A stretch of 64,000 nucleotides of DNA from an uncultured Chloroflexia bacterium (GTDB lineage: Bacteria > Chloroflexota > Limnocylindria > Limnocylindrales > CSP1-4): the NCBI GenBank assembly GCA_963757865.1, contig CAVWSU010000004.1, positions 23,474 to 87,473 on the forward strand. The letters run 5' to 3'. Made by a program: the position numbers and the translations under genes. A model generated the notes under the pieces. It searched no databases, was not told where the DNA came from, and saw only the letters and a list, made by a program, of their open reading frames with translations. Of this stretch, positions 1-9,024 are shown one piece after another. The first letter of the stretch is position 1. The number at the start of each line of letters is the position of its first letter.

Positions 1-66
1 CTGGTCGGGGCCGTGATCGTGCGGCTGATCCTGGAGGCCCTGGCGCCGCGCGACCAGCGACGCTGA
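1..66 (+). CDS. 3' end of a CDS entering from upstream of the window; product unknown
   Basis: Frame 1 is open from base 1 and reads LVGAVIVRLILEALAPRDQRR, then TGA at 64-66. Too short to assign. Confidence 0.3.
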   Translation: MVGAVIVRLILEALAPRDQRR

Positions 67-69
67 TAC

Positions 70-138
70 CGGTCTGCCGGCGCTCGGCCGATCAGCCGGC
101 CGCGGTCTGCCGGCGCTCGGCCGATCAGCCGGCCGCGG
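70..138. repeat. Perfect 33-bp tandem duplication (2 copies)
   Basis: ggtctgccggcgctcggccgatcagccggccgc occurs at 71-103 and again at 104-136. It spans the convergent intergenic gap and the last codons plus stop (125-127) of the histidine kinase. Each copy contains the self-complementary GCCGGC twice. Confidence 0.9.
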
Positions 139-1051
139 CGGCCGCCGCCAGGCGCGACAGCTCGGGCAGCTCACCGGCCCGCGTCTCCTCGCGCGCCCCC
201 TCCGTCGACTGGCACGTCGGCAGGCTCAGGGAGACGGCGCCGCCTCTCGCGGTCTCCTCGATCCAGATGCTGCCGCCGTGGGCCTCGACGAGTTCGCGGC
301 AGAGATAGAGGCCGAATCCCATGCCGTCGTGCTGGGAAGCCCGGGCCCGCCGGCCGCGGTAGAACGCGCCGAACACCAGGCTGCGCTCGTCGGGCTCGAA
401 GCCCGGACCGTCGTCCCGCACCGTCACGATGACGGCCTCATCCACGGCACGGGCGTTGATCGCGACGACGCGCGCCCCGCCGTGCTGCAGCGCGTTGCGC
501 ACGAGGTTCCGCAGGACGTGACCGATCCACGTGGGATCGGCGTCGACGAGCGGCAGCTCCCGCGTCTGCTGGTAGCGGATCTGCGCGTGGTCGAGCTCGT
601 CCCCCAGCTCGCGCGCAAGCCGCGCCACGAGCCACTCGAGCGCGACCGGCCGCCGCCGGAGGACGGGCCGGGCCTCGTCGGGGACGGCCACGTCCACGAT
701 CTGGTCGGCGAACTCGGCGAGCACGTCGGTGGCCGCCAGGATGCGCTCGAGGTAGCGGCGCCGGGTGACATCGTCCAGGGGCAGGTGCAGAAGGCTCTGG
801 CCGTATCCGCTGATCAGCGCGAGCGTGGCCCTCAGTTCGTGCGAGACGGCTCCGGCAAGGAGGGGACGCCACGTGTCGTCGGGCTCATCGCCGAACGCGT
901 CGAGGGCCGTGGCGGCCGGCAGCCGTGCCTCGTCCACCGCGGTACCCGACCCGCCGGCTGTCGTGCGCGTGGCGAATTCGCGTGCGGCGGCCGTCCTCGT
1001 GACCATCGATGCGCTTCCTCCCGCTCGGCTGGCCTCGCCCGACGGCAACAA
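125..1051 (-). CDS. Cytoplasmic histidine kinase (HisKA + HATPase_c) with no recognisable sensor domain
   Basis: H-box SHELRATLALISGY. ATPase motifs LVRNALQHG, DDGPGF and GFGLYLCRELVEAHGG. No TM segment and only about 85 aa precede the H-box. Alternative start at M16 (1006). Confidence 0.85.
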   Translation of the reverse strand: MLPSGEASRAGGSASMVTRTAAAREFATRTTAGGSGTAVDEARLPAATALDAFGDEPDDTWRPLLAGAVSHELRATLALISGYGQSLLHLPLDDVTRRRYLERILAATDVLAEFADQIVDVAVPDEARPVLRRRPVALEWLVARLARELGDELDHAQIRYQQTRELPLVDADPTWIGHVLRNLVRNALQHGGARVVAINARAVDEAVIVTVRDDGPGFEPDERSLVFGAFYRGRRARASQHDGMGFGLYLCRELVEAHGGSIWIEETARGGAVSLSLPTCQSTEGAREETRAGELPELSRLAAAAAAG

Positions 1052-1125
1052 AAAACCCGCCCCGACACAACGCCGGAGCGGGACTTCACCTAATCCTAGT
1101 CCCGGAGACTGAGGCTGTCGCCGTT

Positions 1126-1728
1126 CTAGCGGAGCGGGCCCGACATGTCAAGGGCCGATGGCCGGGCTGCGATCGCGGGCGGGCCGCCAGGGCCGCCCGC
1201 GGCGAGCATCGATGGCGGCAGGCGCAGTGCCGTCGCCGCCGACACGACGACCGCGTCGGCACGCGAGAGCAGCCGTTCCACGAGTTCGGGCGTGGCGACC
1301 AGGCCGTACGCGACGAGCGGGCGCGGCAGGCGCTCGAGGTCCTGTGGAAGGAGGTGGGCAAGGACGGGACCGGGGGAGATCGTCGTGCCCACGCCTTCGC
1401 GCCGGGGGTGGGCCTCCAGCGATCGATCGAGGCCGGTCGAGTCGAAGGCGAACACGTGCAGGAGACCCAGGCAGCCGCGCTCGGCCACGGCCGCGGCGAT
1501 GGCGGGACGCCGTGTCAGCACGACGGTCATGCCCAGCTCGCCGGTGACGAACCTGACGGCGGCCGCGTCGGCGTTGAGGCCCTGCACGGTGTCGATGTCC
1601 ACCGCGAGCGGAGGGCGCGCGGACATGGCCACGGAGACAAGTGTCGGGAGGTCCAGGTCGCGCAGGAGCAGGGCGTCCGGCAGGGGCGCGGGGAGATCGA
1701 GCGGCTCTGTCCCATCGGTCGCGACCAT
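1126..1728 (-). CDS. GlpP-like glycerol-3-phosphate-responsive antiterminator family protein (divergent paralog 2)
   Basis: ORF 1126..1830 trimmed to ATG 1728 (MVATDGTEPLDL). It is collinear with the upstream paralog and keeps the GlpP pattern (VDIDTVQGLNADAAAVRFV, LLHVFAFDS, LVAYGLVATPELVERLL). Confidence 0.6.
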   Translation of the reverse strand: MVATDGTEPLDLPAPLPDALLLRDLDLPTLVSVAMSARPPLAVDIDTVQGLNADAAAVRFVTGELGMTVVLTRRPAIAAAVAERGCLGLLHVFAFDSTGLDRSLEAHPRREGVGTTISPGPVLAHLLPQDLERLPRPLVAYGLVATPELVERLLSRADAVVVSAATALRLPPSMLAAGGPGGPPAIAARPSALDMSGPLR

Positions 1729-1756
1729 CAGGCGGGGAAGCTGCCACCTCGACTGG

Positions 1757-2410
1757 CTATCCAAGCGACGCTCCCCACAGGTTCGCCGAGCTCGTGGTGA
1801 CGCCGGCAGCGCCGGCCTCGAGGGCGGCACGTGCCTCGGACTCGGTCCGGATGAAGCCGCCGGCGAGCAGCGGGACCGACAGGCGCGGCATGAGGGGCGC
1901 GATGTCGGGGAGGATGACGCCCGGAAGCAGCTCGACGACGTCGGCGCCGGACTTGGATACCGCGGCGAAAGCGGCGTCCATCAGGCTGTGGCGGATCAGC
2001 AGCAGCCGGTGGATCGCCACGACGCCCTCCCGGCGGATGGCCGGCATGAGCTGGCCCTGCGAGCTGATGATCGCGTCGACTCCGGCATGCGCCAGCCAGG
2101 CGACGCCGGCCCGGTCCGGGCGCACGCCGTCGACGAGATCGAGGTGCACGGCGACGAGGCGCCCCGTGTCGTGAATCCGCCTGACGGTGGGGCGCAGAGC
2201 CAGCCCGTCGGCGCGCAGGATGAAGATGATGCCGACCGGGCTCGCGAGGGCATCGTCCAGCCTGCTCTCGGAGGTGATCGCGGCACAGCACGGCCCGGCC
2301 GCGAGCCGGGACAGGAACGCCTGCCTGTTCGCATCCGACGACGTCACGTGGAACCCACCGTCGAGGACTATACCGGCTCGGTTGACGGCCCCGCTCGGCC
2401 ACTCGACCAT
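1757..2410 (-). CDS. GlpP-like glycerol-3-phosphate-responsive antiterminator family protein (paralog 1)
   Basis: ORF 1757..2737 trimmed to ATG 2410 (MVEWPSG). Clear GlpP-type blocks: VAVHLDLVDGV, GVDAIISSQGQ, VVELLPGV, LLAGGFIRTESEARAALEAGAAGVTTSSANLW. The start lies only 8 bp from the divergent ATG at 2419; an alternative GTG is at 2347. Confidence 0.75.
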   Translation of the reverse strand: MVEWPSGAVNRAGIVLDGGFHVTSSDANRQAFLSRLAAGPCCAAITSESRLDDALASPVGIIFILRADGLALRPTVRRIHDTGRLVAVHLDLVDGVRPDRAGVAWLAHAGVDAIISSQGQLMPAIRREGVVAIHRLLLIRHSLMDAAFAAVSKSGADVVELLPGVILPDIAPLMPRLSVPLLAGGFIRTESEARAALEAGAAGVTTSSANLWGASLG

Positions 2411-2418
2411 GTCACCAC

Positions 2419-3511
2419 ATGAGGCCGATCCGCATCCTGCCGGGCAAGGAGGCGCCGGTCGACGCCCTCGGATCGGTGCTGGTGCGCGACATCTCCGTCG
2501 ACGGAGAGCGGTGGGCGAAGGGGAGGCGCCTGTCGGCCGGCGACCTGGTGCGCCTTGCGGACGGGCACGCCACGGTCGACCTGGGGGCGCGGGGCCGTGA
2601 GTCCGCGGGTCCCGGGACGCGCGACGGCGCGGGCTTCGTTGCCCTGGCACTGGACGAGGGGGACGTGCACGAGGACGAGGCGGCCCTCCGGCTCGCGCAG
2701 GCGATCGCCGGGGCCGGGGTGGAGTTGCGGGGGCCATCGGAGAGCCGCGTCGATTTGCTCGCTGCGGCCCCGGGCGTGCTTCACGTCAGGGCGGAGCGCG
2801 TCGAGCGCATCGACCGGATCGACCCCCTGCAGGTCTTCACGGCGTACGACGGCCAGACGGTCGCCGCCGGCGAGCTCGTGGGCAGCGTGAAGATCGGGCC
2901 GCACGCGGTGGCAGGGGAGGTGCTCGATCGCGGGCTCCTCGCGGCCGGCTCCGGTCCGGCCGTGGTGCGCGTCGCGCCGTTCCTGGAACGGACGGTGGCG
3001 GCCGTGGTCCGGGAGGCGGTACGGCCGGTCGCCCGCGACCGGTTCGAGCGCGGCATCGAGGCCCGGGTCCTCTCGCTCGGCTCGATCCTGACCGGCATCT
3101 CCTACGCGACCGACGCCAGCGGACGTGGCCGGGCACCTCGCGCGGCTCACGCACGGCTCCGATCGCGTGAACCTCGTGCTCACGGCAGGCGCGGCCTCGA
3201 CCGACCCGACCGACCCGTTCTTCGTCGCGATCGAGGGACTCGGCGGCCGCGTGATCCGGCACGGAGTCCCGGCACACCCCGGTTCGATGATCTGGCTCGC
3301 CCGCATCGGCCGCACGGACCTCCTCGGCCTCCCGACCTGCGGCGCGTACTCGCGTGCCACGGCGGTGGACCTGCTGTTGCCGAGGCTCCTGACGGGCGAG
3401 CGCGCGAGCAACCGCATGGCCGCATCGCTCGGACACGGCGGCGTGCTGACGCGCGCCATGCGGTTCCGTTTCCCGCCGTATGCGCGGGAGCTCGAGGCGC
3501 CCGAAGGCTGA
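2419..3511 (+). CDS. Molybdopterin-binding (MoeA/MoCF-biosynthesis-like) protein of the CODH cluster, interrupted by a +1 frameshift at 3121
   Basis: The N-terminal part is in frame 1 (MRPIRILPGKEAPVDALGS ... LTGISYATDAS). After 3120 frame 1 turns into Arg/Pro junk. Frame 2 from 3122 reads DVAGHLARLTHGSDRVNLVLTAGAASTDPTDPFFVAIEGLGG ... PTCGAYSRATAVDLLLPRLL, a molybdopterin-binding domain, with stop at 3509-3511. Confidence 0.7.
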
Positions 3512-3645
3512 TCTCGCGACGTGGGACCGGCGCGGCGGAGCGGTCTCCGGCCGGCGCCGGTGGCATCGTCGGGCGGGCCGTCCGGTCGCGGCGCGACCGT
3601 CCGGGCATCCAGGGGCACGGCCGGTCGCGGTGTAGATTTGCGGGC

Positions 3646-4794
3646 GTGAGCGATCGAGCGTCCCGGCGCCGCGCGACGGCGTCCCCGAACCCTGAAGCTG
3701 CGGTGGCCGGAGAACCGGCCGTCCCCGGCGAACCTGGGGACTCCGGCGAGGCTGCGGCGCCCGCAAACGACGGCCCGGCGGCGGCCTCGTCGATCCAGGA
3801 GCTCACCGACGCGCTTCGCCGGCATGACTACCTGTGCGATCGGTCGCTGGCCACCACCGTGTACCTGTCGCTGCAGCTCGAGCGACCGCTCCTCCTCGAG
3901 GGCGAGGCGGGTGTCGGCAAGACCGAGCTCGCCAAGGTGCTGGCGGACGTGCTCGGCACGCGGCTCATCCGCCTGCAGTGCTACGAGGGGCTCGACGTCA
4001 CGACGGCCGTGTACGAGTGGGACTACGCCCGCCAGATGGTCGAGATCCGGCTGCTCGAGGCACGGGGTGGCGCCGGAGAGACGAGCGCGCGGGACATCTT
4101 CGGCCCGGCGTTCCTGATCCGCCGGCCGCTGCTCCAGGCGCTGGAGTCGCACGAAGGCGCGCCGCCGGTGCTGCTCATCGACGAGATCGATCGCGCCGAC
4201 GAGGAGTTCGAGGCCTACCTGCTCGAGATCCTGTCCGACTTCCAGGTCACCGTGCCGGAGGTCGGCACGATCCGCGCCGAGAGGCCGCCCCGGGTGGTGA
4301 TCACCTCCAACCGCACGCGCGAGGTGCACGACGCCCTGAAGCGGCGCTGCTTCTACCACTGGATCGACTACCCGACGCCGGAGCGCGAGTACGAGATCGT
4401 GCGGGCGCGCGTCCCGGCGGTGCCCGAGCGACTGGCGCATTCGGTGGTCGCGTTCGTGCGGGCGCTGCGCTCGGCCGATCTCACGAAGGTCCCGGGCGTG
4501 GCCGAGACGCTCGACTGGGCGGCGGCGCTGCTGGCGCTCGGCGCCGTGGAACTGGAGCCCGGCGTGATCGACGACACGCTCGGGATCCTCCTCAAGTACG
4601 AGGAGGACGTGAGCGCGGTCCGTGGCGCTCGGGCACAGGCCCTGCTGGCCGCGACGGACGACGATCGGCCAGACGCCGCTCGTTTCGAGGCCGCTCGACC
4701 CGCGGCCGCACGGCCCGAGGCCCCGAGGCCCGAGGCCGCACGGCCCGCAGCCGCACGGCCCGTGGAGGCGCCCGCGCCGCGCCCGGCGGCCTGA
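3646..4794 (+). CDS. coxD: MoxR-type AAA+ ATPase, CoxD-like CODH maturation factor
   Basis: Walker A LLEGEAGVGKTELAK, Walker B VLLIDEIDRADEE, then VVITSNRTREVHDALKRRC. GTG start at 3646, in frame just after the low-GC patch tgtagatttg. The C-terminal tail is an Ala/Pro/Arg repeat (about 4678-4791). Confidence 0.85.
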   Translation: MSDRASRRRATASPNPEAAVAGEPAVPGEPGDSGEAAAPANDGPAAASSIQELTDALRRHDYLCDRSLATTVYLSLQLERPLLLEGEAGVGKTELAKVLADVLGTRLIRLQCYEGLDVTTAVYEWDYARQMVEIRLLEARGGAGETSARDIFGPAFLIRRPLLQALESHEGAPPVLLIDEIDRADEEFEAYLLEILSDFQVTVPEVGTIRAERPPRVVITSNRTREVHDALKRRCFYHWIDYPTPEREYEIVRARVPAVPERLAHSVVAFVRALRSADLTKVPGVAETLDWAAALLALGAVELEPGVIDDTLGILLKYEEDVSAVRGARAQALLAATDDDRPDAARFEAARPAAARPEAPRPEAARPAAARPVEAPAPRPAA

Positions 4795-4799
4795 GGGCG

Positions 4800-6152
4800 A
4801 TGCCTGCCGTGCCAGCGATGCCTGCCATGCCGGCTGAGGGTGCCGTTCGCCCGGCCCTCGTACCACTGGACCCGCCGGGTCATGCCCATGGACGGGCGGT
4901 CGACGGCGAGCTCCTGCTCGCCCGAGCCGTGTCGTTCGCGCGTGCGCTGCGAGCCGCGGGGCTGACTGTCGACACCAACGCGACGATCGACTTCTCGCGG
5001 GCGCTGACGCTGGTGCGGATCGGGGACCGCGACGAGGTGCGCGAGGCGGGCGCGTCGGTGTTCGTCCGGCGCCGCGAGGATCGGCCGATCTACGAGGCGG
5101 TGTTTGCGCGATTCTGGCGTCCCGGGTCTCGCACGATCGGCGGGCCTGCGGCGGCGCCGGCGACACTCATCGACGACAGGGATCCGGTGGAAGCCCCGAC
5201 GGCCGAGCGCGCCCCGGGCGAGGCCGCGGTGTCGGAGGGGGGCGCGAGCGGACCGGAAGGCGAACGGCGCGAGCTGGATGGACCCGGGCCCGACGAATTC
5301 GAGGTGCTCGTGGTCTCGCCACAGGCGTGGAGCCACGACCGGCTCGACCGGCACCGGCAGTTCGACCGGATGACGGGCGCCGAGCTGCGGGAGGCGGAGC
5401 GCTTCGTCGACCTGCTCTCCCCCAACCTCGAGCTGCGTCGCACGCGACGCCGAGAGCTGCACCCGCGGGGCCGGGTGCTCGCCCCCAGGCCGATGTTCCG
5501 GCGCAACCTCAAGACCGGCGGCGACCTCGTGGAATGGGTCTGGCAGCGCAGGGTTCGCCGGCCGCGCACGCTGGTCGTCCTGTGCGACATCTCGGGCTCG
5601 ATGGAGCGGCACTCCCGGCTGCTCCTGCGCTTTGCCCAGGCGCTCGCGGCATCGGCCGTCCGGACAGAGGCCTTCGTGTTCGGGACGCGGCTGACGCGCG
5701 TCACCCGGCTGCTCGACGACCGCGACCGGGATCGCGCCCTCGCGAGGGTGGCGGAGGCGACGACCGACTGGTCGGGCGGGACGCGGATCGGGGATTGCCT
5801 GCGCGAATTCAACCGCCGCTGGGCACGACGCGTGCTCCGTAGCAGCGCGGTCGTGGTGGTGATCAGCGACGGGTGGGACCGGGGAGACCCTGCCGTGGTC
5901 GGCCTCGAGACGGCGCGGCTGCGGCGCTCGTGCCACCGGCTGATCTGGCTCAACCCGCTGGCCAGCTCCCCCGGATATCAGCCGCTCGCCGGAGGCATGG
6001 CCGCCGCGCTTCCCTCGGTGGACGAGTTCGTCGCGGCGGGCACGCTGGCCAGCCTGGAACACCTGGCGGCGCTGCTGTCGGGGCATCGTGGACGCCCGGC
6101 CCGCCGGGCGGCCGGCCTGCCGTGGGTTGCGGCCGGGGAGGCGATCGCATGA
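4800..6152 (+). CDS. coxE: VWA-domain protein, CoxE-like
   Basis: ATG at 4800, 5 nt after the coxD stop. VWA/MIDAS motif LVVLCDISGSM. C-terminal block VVVISDGWDRGDP ... LIWLNPLA is typical of CoxE-family proteins. Confidence 0.85.
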   Translation: MPAVPAMPAMPAEGAVRPALVPLDPPGHAHGRAVDGELLLARAVSFARALRAAGLTVDTNATIDFSRALTLVRIGDRDEVREAGASVFVRRREDRPIYEAVFARFWRPGSRTIGGPAAAPATLIDDRDPVEAPTAERAPGEAAVSEGGASGPEGERRELDGPGPDEFEVLVVSPQAWSHDRLDRHRQFDRMTGAELREAERFVDLLSPNLELRRTRRRELHPRGRVLAPRPMFRRNLKTGGDLVEWVWQRRVRRPRTLVVLCDISGSMERHSRLLLRFAQALAASAVRTEAFVFGTRLTRVTRLLDDRDRDRALARVAEATTDWSGGTRIGDCLREFNRRWARRVLRSSAVVVVISDGWDRGDPAVVGLETARLRRSCHRLIWLNPLASSPGYQPLAGGMAAALPSVDEFVAAGTLASLEHLAALLSGHRGRPARRAAGLPWVAAGEAIA

Positions 6153-7453
6153 AGGAGCTCGTCGAGACGCTCGCCGGCTGGCGCGCCGAGGATCTGGAGG
6201 TCGGGCGTGCCGTGGTCGTCCGCACGTTCGGGTCGGCGCCGCGTCCCGAGGGCGCCGTGCTGCTGCTCGCCTCGGACGGCCGGATCGCGGGGTCCGTCAG
6301 CGGCGGGTGCGTGGAAGGTGCCGCGGCGGACCAGATCCGGCGGGCGCGATCGGACGGACGGTCGCGCGTGATCCGGTACGGCATCAGCGACGAGCAGGCG
6401 TGGGACGTGGGCCTGGCCTGCGGGGGCACGATCGACGTCCTGGTCGAGCCGCTGGTCCGACGGGAGGTCGAAGTGGCGGCGAGGATGGCGGCGGGCCTGG
6501 CCGACGCCGACTCGGGGCCCGGCGCCGACGACCCGGCCGGTGCCGCGGGCGCCAGTGCCGAGAATGCGGCCGCCGGTCGGGCCGACGCCGGCGAACCGGG
6601 CCGTCCGATCAGCCGGTCGCCCGGAGCCTGCGCCGTCGTGACCCCGCTCCCGGCCGATGCGCCGGGACCGGAGATCGGCCCGCACCCGCCCGGCCAGGGC
6701 GAGCCTCCCTCACCGGTGCTCGTGGCATGGGAGGACGGCCGGCTCGACGGGACCCTCGGTGATCCGGCGCTTGACGCGGAGGTCCGGCGGAACGCGGCCG
6801 ACGCGCTCCTGCGTGGCACCTCACGGACGGTCGAGGTCGGCGGGCGATCGCTCTTCATCGAGGCGTTCCCGCGGCGCCCGCGGATCGTGATCGTGGGCGC
6901 GGTGCAGGTCGCGATCCCACTCGTGGCGATCGCCCGGACCATGGGATACGAGACGGTCGTCGTGGACGGGCGGCCGGCGTTCGCGACGCGCGAGCGGTTT
7001 CCCGACGCCGACCGGCTGGTGGTCGGCTGGCCCGACGAGGTGGCCGACGAGATCGGCCTCGGGCCGGCGGACGCGGTGGCCGTCCTGTCGCACGACGTGA
7101 AGTTCGACGAGCCGGCCATCGTGACGGCCCTCGCACGCGGCTGTCGGTACGTGGGGGCCGTGGGGTCGCGACGGACGCAGGCAGATCGACGCGACCGGCT
7201 TCGCGAGGCCGGCGTCCGCGACGAGGATCTGGGGCGGCTGCGCGGGCCGATCGGGCTCGACCTCGGCGGGAGGAATCCCGCCGAGACGGCGCTCGCGATC
7301 ATGTCCGAAGTGGTCGCGGCGCGCTACGGCGGCAGCGGCCGCCCGATGGTGGAGCGATCCCGCGACGGAGCCGCCGGGTCGCAGCTCCCGCCCCCGGCGA
7401 ACGTGCCGGCTGGTCCGGATCGACCGTCGTCCCGGGGCATCGCGGTCCGCTGA
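6149..7453 (+). CDS. XdhC/CoxI family Mo-enzyme maturation protein
   Basis: ATG 6149 overlaps the coxE stop (ATGA). N-domain RAVVVRTFGSAPRPEGAVLLLASDGRIAGSVSGGCVEGA. C-terminal Rossmann-like part PRIVIVGAVQVAIPLVAIA ... GPIGLDLGGRNPAETALAIMSE. About 90 aa of Ala/Gly/Pro-rich insert lies between the domains. Confidence 0.85.
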   Translation: MKELVETLAGWRAEDLEVGRAVVVRTFGSAPRPEGAVLLLASDGRIAGSVSGGCVEGAAADQIRRARSDGRSRVIRYGISDEQAWDVGLACGGTIDVLVEPLVRREVEVAARMAAGLADADSGPGADDPAGAAGASAENAAAGRADAGEPGRPISRSPGACAVVTPLPADAPGPEIGPHPPGQGEPPSPVLVAWEDGRLDGTLGDPALDAEVRRNAADALLRGTSRTVEVGGRSLFIEAFPRRPRIVIVGAVQVAIPLVAIARTMGYETVVVDGRPAFATRERFPDADRLVVGWPDEVADEIGLGPADAVAVLSHDVKFDEPAIVTALARGCRYVGAVGSRRTQADRRDRLREAGVRDEDLGRLRGPIGLDLGGRNPAETALAIMSEVVAARYGGSGRPMVERSRDGAAGSQLPPPANVPAGPDRPSSRGIAVR

Positions 7454-7454
7454 G

Positions 7455-8846
7455 GTGGAGGCCCGTCGGGTCGGTGCCGTCGTCCTCGCCGCCGGCCTGT
7501 CCTCGCGCTTCGGCGCCACCAAGGTCCTTGCCATGCTGGGCGGGCGTCCGATCCTCCAGCACGTCCTCGACGCCGTTGCCGCATCGGGCCTGGGCGAGAC
7601 CGTCGTGGTCCTCGGTATGCGGGCAGACGAGGTCGAGGCGGCGATCCGGTGGCGGGGCGAGCGACGCGTCCGGAACCCGGACCCGGCCGCCGGGCTCTCG
7701 TCGTCGCTCCGTGTCGGGATCGATGCGTTGTCTCCCGACGTCGACGCCGCCCTCATCGTGCTCGGAGACCAGCCGCTGGTCCGTCCCGCCACGATCGCCT
7801 CGCTGCTCCCCGTACTGGAGTCCGGGGATCGAGCCGCCGCCGTCCCCCGGTACGAAGAGGGAGGCGGTCCGAACCCCGTCCTGCTGGGCCGCGCCGCCTG
7901 GCCGCTCGCGTTCGAGACGACCGGCGACCGCGGGCTGGGGCCGCTGCTCCGGGATCACCCCGACATCGTGCGCGACGTGCCCGTCGCCGGCACCAACCCC
8001 GACGTCGACACGCCCGGCGATCTCGCCGCGCTTGCATGGGGGGAGCGCGTGCGCGCGAACCGCGAGCAGGTCGATCGCGTCCGCGAGGTGCCCGACGACG
8101 CGGACTTCTACGCCCCGCTAACCCAGCGATTCCTCGCCGACCCGCGGCGCACCGACGACCCGATCCTCGACCAGATCCTCCCGCTGACTCTGCCCGGGGA
8201 CACGTGGCTCGACATCGGGGCCGGCGCCGGGCGGTTCGCGCTGCCGATTGCACTGCACGTCCACGAGGTGATTGCCGTCGACCCGTCGGCCGGGATGCTT
8301 GCCGCGCTGCGCGAGCAGTCGGCCTCCGCCGGGATCGCGAACGTCCGCACGGTGGAGGTCCGCTGGCCGCCCGACGCGGGGACGGAGGCGGCCGGAATCG
8401 TCGCCGACGTCTCGCTGATCGCGAGCGTGGGCCACGACATCGAGGGGTTCGGCACGTTCCTGGACGCGATGGAGGCGGCGAGCACGCGCCTCTGCGTGGC
8501 GGTGATGTCGGAGCGCCAGCCGTCGGCGGTCGCGGAGCCGTTCTGGCCACGCATTCACGGCGAGGAGCGGGTAACCCTGCCGTCCCTCCCGAGCCTGCTC
8601 GAGCTGCTTCGTGCCAGGGGCCGGCGGGTGGAGCTGACCGTGGTCGAGCAGCCGCTGCGTGGCTATCCCGACGAGGAAACCCTGGTCGAGTTCGTGCGAC
8701 GCCAGCTGTGGATCGCCCCGGGCGGACCGAAGGACCGGCGGCTCCGCGAGCTCGTCCACGCCGACCTCGTCGAACGCGACGGGCTCGTCGGCCTGCGGGG
8801 CGAGTCGCCGCGACGGGTGGGGGTGGCGCGCTGGGAGCCCCGCTGA
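7455..8846 (+). CDS. Fusion protein: MobA/MocA-like molybdenum cofactor nucleotidyltransferase (N-terminal) + class I SAM-dependent methyltransferase (C-terminal)
   Basis: GTG 7455, 1 nt after the xdhC stop. N-terminal motifs are GAVVLAAGLSSRFG, LIVLGDQP and NPDVDTPGDL. The C-terminal half carries SAM motif I LDIGAGAGRFALPIA and VIAVDPSAGML. It is one uninterrupted 463-aa ORF. Confidence 0.8.
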   Translation: MEARRVGAVVLAAGLSSRFGATKVLAMLGGRPILQHVLDAVAASGLGETVVVLGMRADEVEAAIRWRGERRVRNPDPAAGLSSSLRVGIDALSPDVDAALIVLGDQPLVRPATIASLLPVLESGDRAAAVPRYEEGGGPNPVLLGRAAWPLAFETTGDRGLGPLLRDHPDIVRDVPVAGTNPDVDTPGDLAALAWGERVRANREQVDRVREVPDDADFYAPLTQRFLADPRRTDDPILDQILPLTLPGDTWLDIGAGAGRFALPIALHVHEVIAVDPSAGMLAALREQSASAGIANVRTVEVRWPPDAGTEAAGIVADVSLIASVGHDIEGFGTFLDAMEAASTRLCVAVMSERQPSAVAEPFWPRIHGEERVTLPSLPSLLELLRARGRRVELTVVEQPLRGYPDEETLVEFVRRQLWIAPGGPKDRRLRELVHADLVERDGLVGLRGESPRRVGVARWEPR

Positions 8847-8995
8847 GGGCACTCGCCGGAGCCGAGCTCGAGGGGCTCGCGAACCGGACTCTGGCGCCGT
8901 GCCGGCCGGAACGCGGGCGCCGTTCGTCGCGAGGCCCCCGACAGGCGGCGCGGCACGGATGACATGCGATTGAGACACCCGCGTCGTCGGAGTCG

Positions 8996-9024
8996 TTGAC
9001 CCGTCAAGCGACGCCCACTACCAT
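8996..9024 (+). promoter_or_regulatory. Candidate sigma-70-type promoter for coxMSL
   Basis: TTGACC (8996-9001), 17-nt spacer, TACCAT (9019-9024), inside the 343-bp non-coding gap upstream of coxM. Pattern match only. Confidence 0.3.

Noticed and set aside
2368-5166. 932-aa minus-strand ORF, plus similar long ORFs at 10533-12968 (-), 36257-38674 (+), 37828-40131 (+), 57030-59591 (+), 60737-63076 (+), 13599-15329 (-) and 22204-23661 (+)
   Set aside because: Each mirrors a strongly supported gene on the opposite strand (coxD/E, coxL, MFS/decarboxylase, hydrogenase, moaA and others). All have Arg/Gly/Pro/Asp-rich low-complexity translations with no family motifs.
3646-6152. MoxR AAA+ ATPase plus VWA protein pair as a possible stand-alone NTP-dependent conflict or defence system
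   Set aside because: The pair is embedded in, and translationally coupled to, XdhC, MocA and coxMSL. The sequence features match CoxD/CoxE-type CODH maturation factors. Context explains them fully.
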